A stretch of 55,322 nt of DNA from a virus (Duplodnaviria; Caudoviricetes). Shown one piece after another: positions 45,632 to 55,269 of this stretch; position 1 is the stretch's first letter, and each line of letters begins with the position of its first letter. The stretch is taken from the IMG/VR virus record IMGVR_UViG_3300037584_004943, positions 1 through 55,322 of that record, one strand, 5' to 3'. The notes beneath the pieces were generated by a model, which was not told the origin of the DNA, did not search any database, and saw only the letters and a program-made list of their open reading frames with translations. Position numbers and translations under genes: made by a program.

Positions 45632-48600
45632 TGAAAAAGTTAATTACATTTTTATTTTTAATCAACATAGCTTTTGCACAAGACTCTTGGGTAAAAGTTG
45701 TTTTACTAACTGATGATTATCCAGTAGAAACATCTTGGTATATAATTGATGCTAATAACGATACTATAGCACAGAGTCAAGAAGGTATGCTTGAAAATAC
45801 TGTTTACGAGGATAGTGTTGATTTGCTTTCTGGCAACTATAAAGTACAATTAAAAGATTCTTATGGAGATGGTCTTGGAGCAAGTCAATGGGGAGGAGTT
45901 GATGGTTCTTTTGTAGTTGAAAACACTTGTCAAGGAACATTAATGGAAGCTTATGGTAATTTTGGTTCTGAACTTGTACAAGATTTATTTATAGCGCCTT
46001 GCGCTCCTCCTGTATTTGAACCGTGCTTAGGAGTTGATAGTACTAACGCTTATCAACTTTGTTGGGGTAGTCAGTCTGCTGTAGTTTTTGAATGGTGGAC
46101 ACCTGTAGAAAACACAGGCTGTGATGTTACAAAACTACATCTTAGTACAGAAAACGGATATAACTTTACTTGGCCAGGATTATGGGCAGCTTCTAATGGT
46201 TACAATAACTTTGCCGCTCCAGTAGGACCAGGTCAAATGCCTCCAAACTGGGAGGAAGAACACTATATGGTTTTAGAGTTTGCTGATAGCTCTTTTTCAG
46301 ACACTATATATTTTATGCCAGACCCTTGTATACCAGGTTGTACAGATCCAACACAACCTACTTATAATCCATGGGCAACTGTAGATAATGGTAGTTGCGC
46401 AGGTACAGTATGTGACACTGCTACTCAACATCAAATTACAATGCAAATTACATTTGATAATTGGCCTGGCGAAACTGGTTGGACAATGAATAGTGCTGGA
46501 GTAATTGGACAAGCTTTACCTGGTGAGTACAACTTTAATGATATAGGTAAAACATACACTTATGACTTCTGTGTTCAGCAATCTGGTTTTGAACTTATAT
46601 TAACTGACGCGTTTGGAGATGGATTAGCTGGTGCTACATCTGGTGGATCTTTAGATGGTTATGTTGTTATATTTGATTGCAATGGAGATACTATATGGGA
46701 GTTAACTAATCCAGATTTTGGCGATGTAACCTACTCAGGACTTCAACAGGGTGCTGATTGTTTTGTAGAACCTATAATCGCTGGTTGTACTGATGATGAT
46801 TATGTTGAGTACAATTACGAAGCCACAGAAGATGATAGTAGCTGTGTTACTCTACATGTTTACGGATGTACAGATTCTACTTTTTACAATTATAATCCTA
46901 ACGCTACTATTAATGATATAGTACCAGATTGTGATTATACTTTATACATAGGTGACGCTGCTGGAGATGGTTGGGGTAATTCGTACCTAGGTGTTTACCA
47001 AAGCGGTGTAGCACTTGGTACTTTTACAATGGGTCCTGGTAATTTGTTAAATGACTTTCCTTTAATACTAGACTCAGATAAACCTGTTGAAGTTTATTAC
47101 TTTGAAATCGGTGGACCACAAACACCACCTGAAGAAGTACAGTTTCAAACATGGCATAACTCATTTTATTTAGTAAATTCACTAGGAGATACTTTATTAG
47201 CAGAGGGAACTAATCCATTTGAGAACAATGGTCAAGGTGCTCTTCAGTCTTTTGATGCTCCGTTTTGGACTACGTATACAGCAGCTCCTTATTGTGGAGA
47301 TTACTGTGAACCATTTACCTACGGCTGTATGGATTCACTAGCTGTAAACTATGATAGCGCTGTTAATACAGAAGATGGCAGTTGTTATTATAATCCTGGT
47401 TGTACATCGTCTGCATATCTTGAATATTACGATCAAGGTTTTGTAGCAGACTACGACGACAACTCGTGTCAGACTTTAGCTATTTGGGGGTGTACTGACA
47501 GCACCATGTATAACTTTAGCCCGGTAGCAAATATTGACAATGGGGGCTGTATATCTTTCGTATACGGATGTATGGACCCCACCGCGTTTAACTACGATCC
47601 TTTAGCTACGGCGGAGGATGTGTGTATAGCATACTTGTACGGATGTACAGACCCAACAGCTTTTAACTATAACGAAGAAGCAAACGCTGACAATGGTGCT
47701 TGCGAGCCTGTTGTTTTTGGATGTACAGACTCTACAGCTTTCAATTATAGTCTAGTAGCAAATACAGATAACGGTAGCTGTTTAGATTTTGTTTACGGTT
47801 GTACAGATCCATCAGCTTTAAATTATAATGCCTTAGCGAATGTTGAAGACTTTAGTTGTATAGACTATATTTATGGGTGTACTGATCCTATGATGTTTAA
47901 CTATAACCCTAATGCTAACACAGAAAATGGATCTTGTATACCGTTCGTTTATGGATGTACAGATGAAGACGCTTTGAATTATGATGCTTTAGCTAACACA
48001 GATGATAACACTTGTATTGATTACATATATGGTTGTACTAATACTGAGGCGTTTAATTATCAAGCTACAGCAAATACTGATGATGGTAGCTGTATAGAGT
48101 ATGCCTATGGATGCATCGACCCTACTATGTTTAATTATAACGCTGAGGCTAACGCTGATGATGGAAGCTGTGTTCCTTATGTCTACGGTTGCTTAGACGC
48201 TACAATGTGGAATTACTGCGATACTTGTAATACTGATAATGAAAGTTGTATAGAATATGTTTATGGATGTACAGATAGTTTGGCGCTCAATTATAACGAT
48301 GATGCAAATACCGATAATGGTAGCTGTATTTATCCTTTGCCTGGCTGCACTGATCCGACCGCTCTTAATTACAATATCGATGCTAACGTGTCGGACAGTT
48401 CTTGCTATTATTCTGCTGGTTGCGCTGTTGGTGATATATACACTCTTCCTAATGAATGTTTTGCTTGGGTAATTGAAGTAGACGAATACTGTTGCAACAT
48501 ATCTTGGGATGGCGGTTGTGTTGATCTTTACCAATATTGCCAAGATGGATGGTCAGGACCTACAGATATAATTGAGATTAGATATGGTTTGTTTACATAT

Positions 48601-48798
48601 CCCAACCCTACAAGTGATTATATATACGTAAATAGTAGGCTGAAAGTCGACATTACAGTCATTAATATGCTTGGGGATATAGTAATATCTAAGAAAAAAG
48701 TAAACACATTAGATGTGTTTAAATTAGCTCCTGGAGTATACAACGTGTTGATAGAACACGAAAACATAAAGGTAAATAAAAAGATTATAAAACAATAA
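45631..48798 (+). CDS. T9SS type A CTD protein with GCTD repeats (start reassigned to MKKLIT)
   Basis: Signal peptide ...IAFA|Q; three D..GDG domains; 17 GC(T/M)D-type repeats; C-terminal YPNP...L.PGVY....KKIIK. Confidence 0.85.
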   Translation: MKKLITFLFLINIAFAQDSWVKVVLLTDDYPVETSWYIIDANNDTIAQSQEGMLENTVYEDSVDLLSGNYKVQLKDSYGDGLGASQWGGVDGSFVVENTCQGTLMEAYGNFGSELVQDLFIAPCAPPVFEPCLGVDSTNAYQLCWGSQSAVVFEWWTPVENTGCDVTKLHLSTENGYNFTWPGLWAASNGYNNFAAPVGPGQMPPNWEEEHYMVLEFADSSFSDTIYFMPDPCIPGCTDPTQPTYNPWATVDNGSCAGTVCDTATQHQITMQITFDNWPGETGWTMNSAGVIGQALPGEYNFNDIGKTYTYDFCVQQSGFELILTDAFGDGLAGATSGGSLDGYVVIFDCNGDTIWELTNPDFGDVTYSGLQQGADCFVEPIIAGCTDDDYVEYNYEATEDDSSCVTLHVYGCTDSTFYNYNPNATINDIVPDCDYTLYIGDAAGDGWGNSYLGVYQSGVALGTFTMGPGNLLNDFPLILDSDKPVEVYYFEIGGPQTPPEEVQFQTWHNSFYLVNSLGDTLLAEGTNPFENNGQGALQSFDAPFWTTYTAAPYCGDYCEPFTYGCMDSLAVNYDSAVNTEDGSCYYNPGCTSSAYLEYYDQGFVADYDDNSCQTLAIWGCTDSTMYNFSPVANIDNGGCISFVYGCMDPTAFNYDPLATAEDVCIAYLYGCTDPTAFNYNEEANADNGACEPVVFGCTDSTAFNYSLVANTDNGSCLDFVYGCTDPSALNYNALANVEDFSCIDYIYGCTDPMMFNYNPNANTENGSCIPFVYGCTDEDALNYDALANTDDNTCIDYIYGCTNTEAFNYQATANTDDGSCIEYAYGCIDPTMFNYNAEANADDGSCVPYVYGCLDATMWNYCDTCNTDNESCIEYVYGCTDSLALNYNDDANTDNGSCIYPLPGCTDPTALNYNIDANVSDSSCYYSAGCAVGDIYTLPNECFAWVIEVDEYCCNISWDGGCVDLYQYCQDGWSGPTDIIEIRYGLFTYPNPTSDYIYVNSRLKVDITVINMLGDIVISKKKVNTLDVFKLAPGVYNVLIEHENIKVNKKIIKQ
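47323..48405 (+). repeat. 14 tandem ~26-aa GCTD...NY...AN.D.GSC coding repeats
   Basis: Counted in translation; approx. 78-bp period, divergent at DNA level. Confidence 0.85.
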
Positions 48799-48802
48799 TA
48801 AA

Positions 48803-49168
48803 ATGGCAACAATAACACCAACATTAACGCTTACTAGTACAGATGCTACTTCTGATACTTTGAGTTTGACTTTAACAGATTCACTGACTTCAACTGGAGC
48901 TGTGCTAAGCACTACTGTTGAAACGTCAACTACTGCTGCTGTTTTTTTAGCTGCGGCTGATTATGGTAAATCGTATATACTGATTAAAAACTTAAGCTCT
49001 ACTGCATCTGAAAAAATTTACATTAGACTTGGAGCTACTGGTTCAGCTAATGTATTAGAATTAGGAGCTGGAGAATTTACGTTCTTCCCATGGGCTTCTG
49101 ATGAAGACTTAGTTTACGACGCTGATGCTGGTACGCCAGCAATGGAAGTATTATTATTTGAAGCTTAA
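48803..49168 (+). CDS. putative small virion protein, paralog 1
   Basis: MATITPTLTLTSTD..SDTLS...GEF.F.P shared with next gene. Confidence 0.7.
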   Translation: MATITPTLTLTSTDATSDTLSLTLTDSLTSTGAVLSTTVETSTTAAVFLAAADYGKSYILIKNLSSTASEKIYIRLGATGSANVLELGAGEFTFFPWASDEDLVYDADAGTPAMEVLLFEA

Positions 49169-49188
49169 AAATAAAAAAATAAAAAATC

Positions 49189-49554
49189 ATGGCAACTATA
49201 ACACCAACATTTTCTTTAACAAGTACTGACGTAGCTAGCGATACATTATCTATAACTACAACAGATTCGTTAAGCGTTACAGCTTCTACTAACTTATCAA
49301 GAAAATCTATAGCCACTGGATCTGCTCAAGCAGTTTTAGCGTCTAATAGTAGTTTTTCTTATGTATATATAAAAGTTATTTCTTCTAGCAATTCAGCTTC
49401 TTGGGTTCAAGTTCTTCTTGGAGGAGATGCTAAACTTAAAATAAGAGTAGGAGAGTTTGCTTTTATCCCTATGTATAGTTCTCAAGCTATTACAGCAGAA
49501 GCTCAAACGGCAGCTTGTGTAATTGAGTACGCACAATATGTAGCAAACGTATAG
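49189..49554 (+). CDS. putative small virion protein, paralog 2
   Basis: Same length (121 aa) and motifs as 48803..49168. Confidence 0.7.
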   Translation: MATITPTFSLTSTDVASDTLSITTTDSLSVTASTNLSRKSIATGSAQAVLASNSSFSYVYIKVISSSNSASWVQVLLGGDAKLKIRVGEFAFIPMYSSQAITAEAQTAACVIEYAQYVANV

Positions 49555-49555
49555 T

Positions 49556-50023
49556 ATGAAAATTAAAGTATTAAGATTTAGCTCAGAGTCAGACTCTACT
49601 CATGGCTTACTTTTTCAAGAAAATGACTTAGGCAATAAATTCCTGTGTTACACACTTGAAGACGAGCGTAGAGCTTTGAAAGTAAAAGGAGAAACAAGAG
49701 TACCTGCAGGTATATATAAAATAGAATTAAGAAAAGAAGGTGGATTTCATTCAAGATATACTAAAAAATATCCTGGTATACACCGTGGTATGCTTCATGT
49801 CACTGATGTTCCTAATTTTGAGTATATACTTATTCATACTGGAAACACTGACGAACACACTGCTGGGTGTCTTTTGGTTGGCGACTCACAAGAGAACAAC
49901 CAATTACTACCTGACGGATTTATCGGTAAAAGTGTTAATGCGTATAAAAGGATTTATCCTAGTATTGCAAAAGCAATAGAAGAAGGAGAAGAAGTTACAA
50001 TAGAATATATAGACTACGACTAA
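49556..50023 (+). CDS. DUF5675-like protein, candidate endolysin (L,D-transpeptidase-like)
   Basis: CYTLED, T.VPAG.Y, ILIH.GN....TAGCLLVG. Confidence 0.7.
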   Translation: MKIKVLRFSSESDSTHGLLFQENDLGNKFLCYTLEDERRALKVKGETRVPAGIYKIELRKEGGFHSRYTKKYPGIHRGMLHVTDVPNFEYILIHTGNTDEHTAGCLLVGDSQENNQLLPDGFIGKSVNAYKRIYPSIAKAIEEGEEVTIEYIDYD

Positions 50024-50024
50024 A

Positions 50025-50525
50025 ATGGGAACACTTACACTTAGCATAACAGAAAATATAAACGTAAGCTCTGGTGGTTACGAGTTTAACTACACTACAT
50101 CTGGAACTTCTGATGATTTAAACATAGCTAATGTAGATGCTTTTACTAACACTACGTTAAGTATACCTACATCTTTTGTTCAAGTAGCTAAATTTGCTAG
50201 TGGCGCAACTGTTGGTATGGGTTTGTACGACTCTGCTAAAATAAAATATATGCGATTTAGAAACGCTGATAGCAGTAATTTTGTAACACTACAGTTGAGT
50301 GATGCTACAGCTAATAAACAAGTTAATTACAAAATATTAGCTGGAGAAGCAATGTATTTTACTAGCCTAGTTTTTGATTGTAACTCGTCTACAACTACAG
50401 CTGCCGCTGATGTAGTGCAAGGTACTCAAAATGTAACTGGTTTAGCTGCTACTGCTGATGAAGTTCAACTAAAAGCAGATACAGCTGCTTGCAATGTAGA
50501 TATACTTGTAGCTTACGATTTATAA
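50025..50525 (+). CDS. putative virion protein, distant paralog of 48803/49189
   Basis: MGTLTLSITE; YMRFRN; LAGE; ADTAAC.V. Confidence 0.6.
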   Translation: MGTLTLSITENINVSSGGYEFNYTTSGTSDDLNIANVDAFTNTTLSIPTSFVQVAKFASGATVGMGLYDSAKIKYMRFRNADSSNFVTLQLSDATANKQVNYKILAGEAMYFTSLVFDCNSSTTTAAADVVQGTQNVTGLAATADEVQLKADTAACNVDILVAYDL

Positions 50526-50528
50526 TAA

Positions 50529-51035
50529 ATGGCTAGGCGTAAACGAAAAATTAAAGGCCTACAATATTTTGGTAGAAAGGCGGAGACTAGTAATATTTCT
50601 TTTGAAAAAGAATTATTTATTCCAAGAACTAAATCTTTATCTTTAAGTCATAGAAGTGCTGTGGTAGATGTTAGTGGAAAATTCTCCACAATACCCACAG
50701 CTGTTAGACCGCAAACCCTTGGAGATAATAATGATGCTCTGAATTCCTTTGAAGTTGCATCAGGTATTCTTTTAATAACTCCAACTAGCGATAGAACTAA
50801 AGCAACACCAACAGCTTCAGAGTTAATTAGCACTTCTTGTTTTACTTTTACTGAAAGATATCATTTTGCTGATATTGTTTTTATAAACTTAGCAGCAGCA
50901 ACACATAAATTAACCATATCAGCTGGAACAGATGTTACTTTAACTGGTAATCTTGATATAGAAGCAAATTCTTCTGCTACATTTAGATTTGTTACAGCTG
51001 ATTTATCTACAATAAAAGGTTTTAGAATAAGTTAA
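50529..51035 (+). CDS. hypothetical protein, possibly virion-associated
   Basis: ORF track. Confidence 0.65.
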   Translation: MARRKRKIKGLQYFGRKAETSNISFEKELFIPRTKSLSLSHRSAVVDVSGKFSTIPTAVRPQTLGDNNDALNSFEVASGILLITPTSDRTKATPTASELISTSCFTFTERYHFADIVFINLAAATHKLTISAGTDVTLTGNLDIEANSSATFRFVTADLSTIKGFRIS

Positions 51036-51036
51036 A

Positions 51037-51408
51037 ATGGCAAAAATAGATACAATATCATTAAGCGGAAATAATTTCAAAAATATAGGTACTGATAGTA
51101 TTGTCGGTATAGTCGCTTGTAATACAGATACTGAAGATATAACTTTTGATTTAATCATTGGTCCTAAAACACTGCACAACGGCACATCTACGACCGGAGC
51201 TGTTTTTATATTAAAAAGTATACCCATACCCACTGGATCTTCTTTGGTATGGGATGACGACAATATTCTAGGAGAAGCTTTTAAAACAGGGTCTAAACTT
51301 AGAAACTATCAAGACTCTAGAGGTGTGTTTACAGATATTGTAAACAATACGTTTCTTATTAGAGTGGGTAGTGGTCATACTGCTGATGTTTTGTTAAGAA
51401 GAAGATAA
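51037..51408 (+). CDS. hypothetical protein, possibly virion-associated
   Basis: ORF track; last plus-strand gene. Confidence 0.65.
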   Translation: MAKIDTISLSGNNFKNIGTDSIVGIVACNTDTEDITFDLIIGPKTLHNGTSTTGAVFILKSIPIPTGSSLVWDDDNILGEAFKTGSKLRNYQDSRGVFTDIVNNTFLIRVGSGHTADVLLRRR

Positions 51409-51422
51409 CAATTACTTAATAT

Positions 51423-51462
51423 AAAAAAACGGTCCACAAGTAACAATATACTCATGGACCGT
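51423..51462 (-). terminator. intrinsic terminator of the minus-strand operon at the convergence point
   Basis: Minus strand ACGGTCCATGAGTA-TATTGT-TACTTGTGGACCGT-TTTTTT (14 bp including G.U pairs). Confidence 0.8.
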
Positions 51463-51522
51463 AGAATTGACATCAGTAAAGCTTTATATGTAGCTATAAT
51501 GATTATCGTTTATTCGATAGCT

Positions 51523-51714
51523 TTATACTAAAGCTCCGTTTTTAATCTCTTGAACTTCAACACGAACTTCTTGTGCAATGTTTTTAATATCTTGCATAGC
51601 TTTTCTTATTCGTGTTCCTGCAGATTTATTTCCTTGTTCAAACTTTTCAACATCAACAGCGGTAGCAATTAATGTTTGCATCATGTCATTCATTTTAGAA
51701 TTTAACTCGTTCAT
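51523..51714 (-). CDS. histone H1-like (Hc1 family) nucleoid protein
   Basis: KFE.GNKSAGTRIRK motif, 63 aa. Confidence 0.8.
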   Translation of the reverse strand: MNELNSKMNDMMQTLIATAVDVEKFEQGNKSAGTRIRKAMQDIKNIAQEVRVEVQEIKNGALV

Positions 51715-51723
51715 AATATTAAA

Positions 51724-53583
51724 TTAAAGATTAGTTACTTCACATGAACCACCAGCACAAGCAAGCTCGCCTGATAGATCTGTATTATCGTTCATTTCTA
51801 CTACATTTTCAAGATTAACTATAGACAAATGTTTCATACGCTCATCATATTCCTTTTTAGATATGTCTTCAAAAGGCGCTTGAGTATATGTACCACCATC
51901 ATAAGGTAATACTGATAAACCGTTGTAGCAGTTACGGTTGTTCCACATCCACTCACCAGCTTTATCCCACTCATCTTCTTTCAAAGATATAGTAGCAGAA
52001 ACATTGTGAGTGTTGCTTCCTGTTCTGTGTCCTGGTGTAACCCATTCATCAGAAACTTGCTTAACTCTTTCGAGTAAATCAAACGCGGACTCAGTTCGGA
52101 CAATAGAACCTTTTGGCGCGTGTTGTGGTATTTCAATCACAGCGGTATCGTGTGGTCTGAAATATTCATCTTGGATTAGTTCAGGAAGATGAATTGATAG
52201 ATACGAATATATCGCTTCGTTTTTCCCTACACGTAATCTACGAACATAATAATCATTATGCCATGCATGAATACCGGATGAAGTTCCGAGTACCAGAGAT
52301 GTCGTCCCTGCAGGCTTCACGCAGGTTGTTCGTGCAGCTTTGTTAATATCAATTAACTTAGCTACTCTTGTATTCTCACGTTTTACCATCTCCGCGGCTT
52401 TCTTCATATCAAGTTCTAGCACCTTTTTAGAAGCTATCCCTGTCATTGATACACCAATAAGAGCATCTTTTTCAGTTGTCTCTCTCCAGACTTCACGTAA
52501 GTAATGGAAGTCTGTATAACCAGCTTGTAACGTACCTATAAACGCAGCGGCTTTGACTCTCGTGTTAAGATCGTCTTGATCAACTACATCTGATACATTA
52601 ACTTCACATAGGTTACAAAATTGATAAGGACGTAAGGCTATCTCACAACAAGGATTAGTTCCCCAGTCTTTATCATTATTAAGGTAGATACCAGGCTCAC
52701 CTGAACCAGACAGCTCAATACGTTTCCATAAGCCCATAAAGAACTCTTTTGTAATTTTATGTCTGATAAGTACAGCTGAGTTATTAGCTCTACCACGTTG
52801 TGGGTTTGTTTCCCACCAACTTCCTGCTTTGCAAGAAATCATTTCCTCATCATACGCTGAAAACAACGATATTAAAGCTGCCCGTCTAATGCCGCCTGCA
52901 AGTACAGCATCAGCAATATGGCAAACAATATCATGAGCTTCAAGAGTGGTGAGTTTTGTTCCGTCTTCTTTCGCATCTAATATACCTTGAATTTTTACTA
53001 AACATTCTTTTAATGGTTGAGGACCTGGAGCTTTACCGCCAGAGGTCACAAGCCTAGCTCCTTTTGGTCTAATATCAGAATAATCAAACTTGATCTTAGA
53101 TGATCTCTTAGAGCCTAAGTAAGACTTGATTAAGACCTTAACTGCATCAGACCAACCTTCAATACTATCGCCAATAACAAAGCGTCTTTCACGTTTGTCA
53201 AATGGTTTAATAATTGATGGTAGTTGCTTTACATGATGATGTTGTACTGAATAACCAACACCACAGCCAGACAATAATAAGAACATACACTCATTAAAAG
53301 AGTCTATAGAGTCTATAGGTAAGTACGAACAGTTATATAACCTGTTAGGTGATAACTCAATTGGCTTACCTGAGAACTGTAGGCTACGCATAGAAGGCAG
53401 AACCTTCTTAGCGTAAACCAACTTATATACGTTCTCAATATCGTCAGCTAACTTAGGGTATTTCTTTTGATGCATCTCTTTATTTCGAGTTACAAGCTCT
53501 TCCCAAGTCTCTCTCCTATTTAATTCAGGAATATATTTTGCGTACTTCATATGTACGGTAATATCCGACAATATATCTTTCAT
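51724..53583 (-). CDS. nrdJ: class II (adenosylcobalamin-dependent) ribonucleotide reductase
   Basis: LPSMRSL, GGIRRAA, TNPCCEI, CNL.E, VKPAGT.S, C-terminal ACAGGSCE; no small-subunit gene adjacent. Confidence 0.9.
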   Translation of the reverse strand: MKDILSDITVHMKYAKYIPELNRRETWEELVTRNKEMHQKKYPKLADDIENVYKLVYAKKVLPSMRSLQFSGKPIELSPNRLYNCSYLPIDSIDSFNECMFLLLSGCGVGYSVQHHHVKQLPSIIKPFDKRERRFVIGDSIEGWSDAVKVLIKSYLGSKRSSKIKFDYSDIRPKGARLVTSGGKAPGPQPLKECLVKIQGILDAKEDGTKLTTLEAHDIVCHIADAVLAGGIRRAALISLFSAYDEEMISCKAGSWWETNPQRGRANNSAVLIRHKITKEFFMGLWKRIELSGSGEPGIYLNNDKDWGTNPCCEIALRPYQFCNLCEVNVSDVVDQDDLNTRVKAAAFIGTLQAGYTDFHYLREVWRETTEKDALIGVSMTGIASKKVLELDMKKAAEMVKRENTRVAKLIDINKAARTTCVKPAGTTSLVLGTSSGIHAWHNDYYVRRLRVGKNEAIYSYLSIHLPELIQDEYFRPHDTAVIEIPQHAPKGSIVRTESAFDLLERVKQVSDEWVTPGHRTGSNTHNVSATISLKEDEWDKAGEWMWNNRNCYNGLSVLPYDGGTYTQAPFEDISKKEYDERMKHLSIVNLENVVEMNDNTDLSGELACAGGSCEVTNL

Positions 53584-53585
53584 TA

Positions 53586-53726
53586 TTAGTATTTATAAAT
53601 AGTTAAACAAATATCTAAGAAACCTAAATAGATTACATGATTGTCCTTAGATTCTTCTCTGTATGTTCTCATGCCGAACAATAACCCTGGAAATGTACCA
53701 AAGCTTAATTCCCAATTATCTCTCAT
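53586..53726 (-). CDS. 46-aa hypothetical protein (not in ORF track)
   Basis: MRDNWELSFGTFPGLLFGMRTYREESKDNHVIYLGFLDICLTIYKY* fills the gap between endonuclease and RNR. Confidence 0.6.
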   Translation of the reverse strand: MRDNWELSFGTFPGLLFGMRTYREESKDNHVIYLGFLDICLTIYKY

Positions 53727-54180
53727 TTCGTTTTTTTAAGATTAATTCTACTACTTTGTCACACTCCTTCTGATTCTGAGGTTTATATAAAGTTACATGA
53801 GGCAAGTTATCTTTTACGAATTTTTTAAACAATTTCCAACGCATCGGAAACGTATCATTCGCTCGCCCTTTACACTCAATAATAACTTCATCTGTAAGTC
53901 CAATAAAATCAGGAGTATACTTAATACCAAGGATTTTTTTACTTCCTCTATTAACGAGATCGCCTTTGCCGTTTGCTTGTCGCTCGTAACTTTCGTTATC
54001 AAACATGAACCCTGGAAATATCTCGTATGTCATACCTTCGTAAGCTGTTTTTATTTTAGCTTTACGTAAAGCCATATACATATATTTCTCAAGGCCAGAA
54101 GCAAAGGTTATGCCGTCATACATAACCTTTTTAGCTCTGACTGGACCTCGTTTACGTTTAAAACGCTTCTTCATCATCAT
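53716..54180 (-). CDS. T7 endonuclease I-like PD-(D/E)XK nuclease (resolvase)
   Basis: FASGLE, YTPDF, IIECKG motifs. Confidence 0.85.
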   Translation of the reverse strand: MMMKKRFKRKRGPVRAKKVMYDGITFASGLEKYMYMALRKAKIKTAYEGMTYEIFPGFMFDNESYERQANGKGDLVNRGSKKILGIKYTPDFIGLTDEVIIECKGRANDTFPMRWKLFKKFVKDNLPHVTLYKPQNQKECDKVVELILKKRNER

Positions 54181-54469
54181 TAAACTTTTGTATTAAAGCT
54201 TCTTCAGATAGATCACGAAGTTCTTCACGTGCAGTTTGTATGTACAATATTGCATCCATAAGCTCTTCTTGAATATCTTTTAAATATCCTTGTAAGTCTT
54301 TCATACCGGTTGTACGTTCGTTATGTAATGTTTGACCATACTTTTTAAAACCTACATTTGATCGTCTAACAAACTCTTCACAAACGTGATAAACTACAGG
54401 GTCGCGAAAGTCAAATCTTTTTGACACTGCAATCCCTGATTTTGCGTTGTTGATTTCTGTACTACTCAT
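54158..54469 (-). CDS. all-alpha NTP-pyrophosphatase-like protein
   Basis: RS..G..KYG.TL...QEELMDAILY. Confidence 0.55.
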   Translation of the reverse strand: MSSTEINNAKSGIAVSKRFDFRDPVVYHVCEEFVRRSNVGFKKYGQTLHNERTTGMKDLQGYLKDIQEELMDAILYIQTAREELRDLSEEALIQKFNDDEEAF

Positions 54470-55269
54470 TGGTTGTCTTTTACAAATGTTCCGTTAATCA
54501 TTTTACCTTTACGCTTACTAATTACGTTGTAAGCCTCTTGAATACACTCTTCGATAGGTACACCAACAAGCTCAGCTAAATTAGTTAATACAACTACAGC
54601 ATCACCAATACCATCAATGATTTGCTCTGTATCATTTTTAAGTATAGCTCTACCGATCTCACCAGTCTCCTCCATTAACTTAATGTATTGAGTTTTAGGA
54701 TCACCTTTCTCATACAAACCTCTTTCATTAGCCCATTCTCTAATACAGTTAAATATCTCATCACCACAATCATCACACTGCGTGTCGCAAGATGTATCAA
54801 CTTTGTTATTATCAAACCATCTAGCTAAAGCTTTGTTGTACACATAACACCTGTCTTGAGTATACTGTGATGGTTTAACATTGTTCATTATCCACTTAAC
54901 AGATTCTTTTGTGATCAATACACGACCAGCATCTGTTTCCCATGACATACCTATGTTATCCATAAGTCTGCCTTTTAGTTTATTGACTGGACATGGGAAT
55001 GTCGTAGTCATTTCTGTTATGTTTATATCCATATTTTTTAATTCTATAAAATTATTATTAAATAAATCCTTATACAGTTGCCTATCAACCCTATAGCCAT
55101 GACGCTCTTGTAAATACAGTTCACGCTTAGATATATAATCTATATCATCAGACATTTCTAGTATTTCATACTCGCCTTCGTTATAACCTTGTTGCTCTTC
55201 AACTCTATTTTTAACATTGTTCGTTACTCCGATTTTAACACCGGGTATGTGGTATATACAATACGTCAT
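54466..55269 (-). CDS. MazG-like NTP pyrophosphohydrolase with N-terminal GIY-YIG-like extension
   Basis: C-terminal WA.ERGL...Q..KL.EE.GE...D.IGD..V...AYN.I..RKG; N-terminal YCIYH...KIGVT...R...E..LQ. Confidence 0.8.
   Translation of the reverse strand: MTYCIYHIPGVKIGVTNNVKNRVEEQQGYNEGEYEILEMSDDIDYISKRELYLQERHGYRVDRQLYKDLFNNNFIELKNMDINITEMTTTFPCPVNKLKGRLMDNIGMSWETDAGRVLITKESVKWIMNNVKPSQYTQDRCYVYNKALARWFDNNKVDTSCDTQCDDCGDEIFNCIREWANERGLYEKGDPKTQYIKLMEETGEIGRAILKNDTEQIIDGIGDAVVVLTNLAELVGVPIEECIQEAYNVISKRKGKMINGTFVKDNQ

Noticed and set aside
4483-51263. Numerous short antisense or alternate-frame ORFs in the track (e.g. 6691..6975, 16973..17251, 28660..29049, 34378..34830)
   Set aside because: They overlap long, motif-bearing plus-strand genes and have shadow-ORF composition
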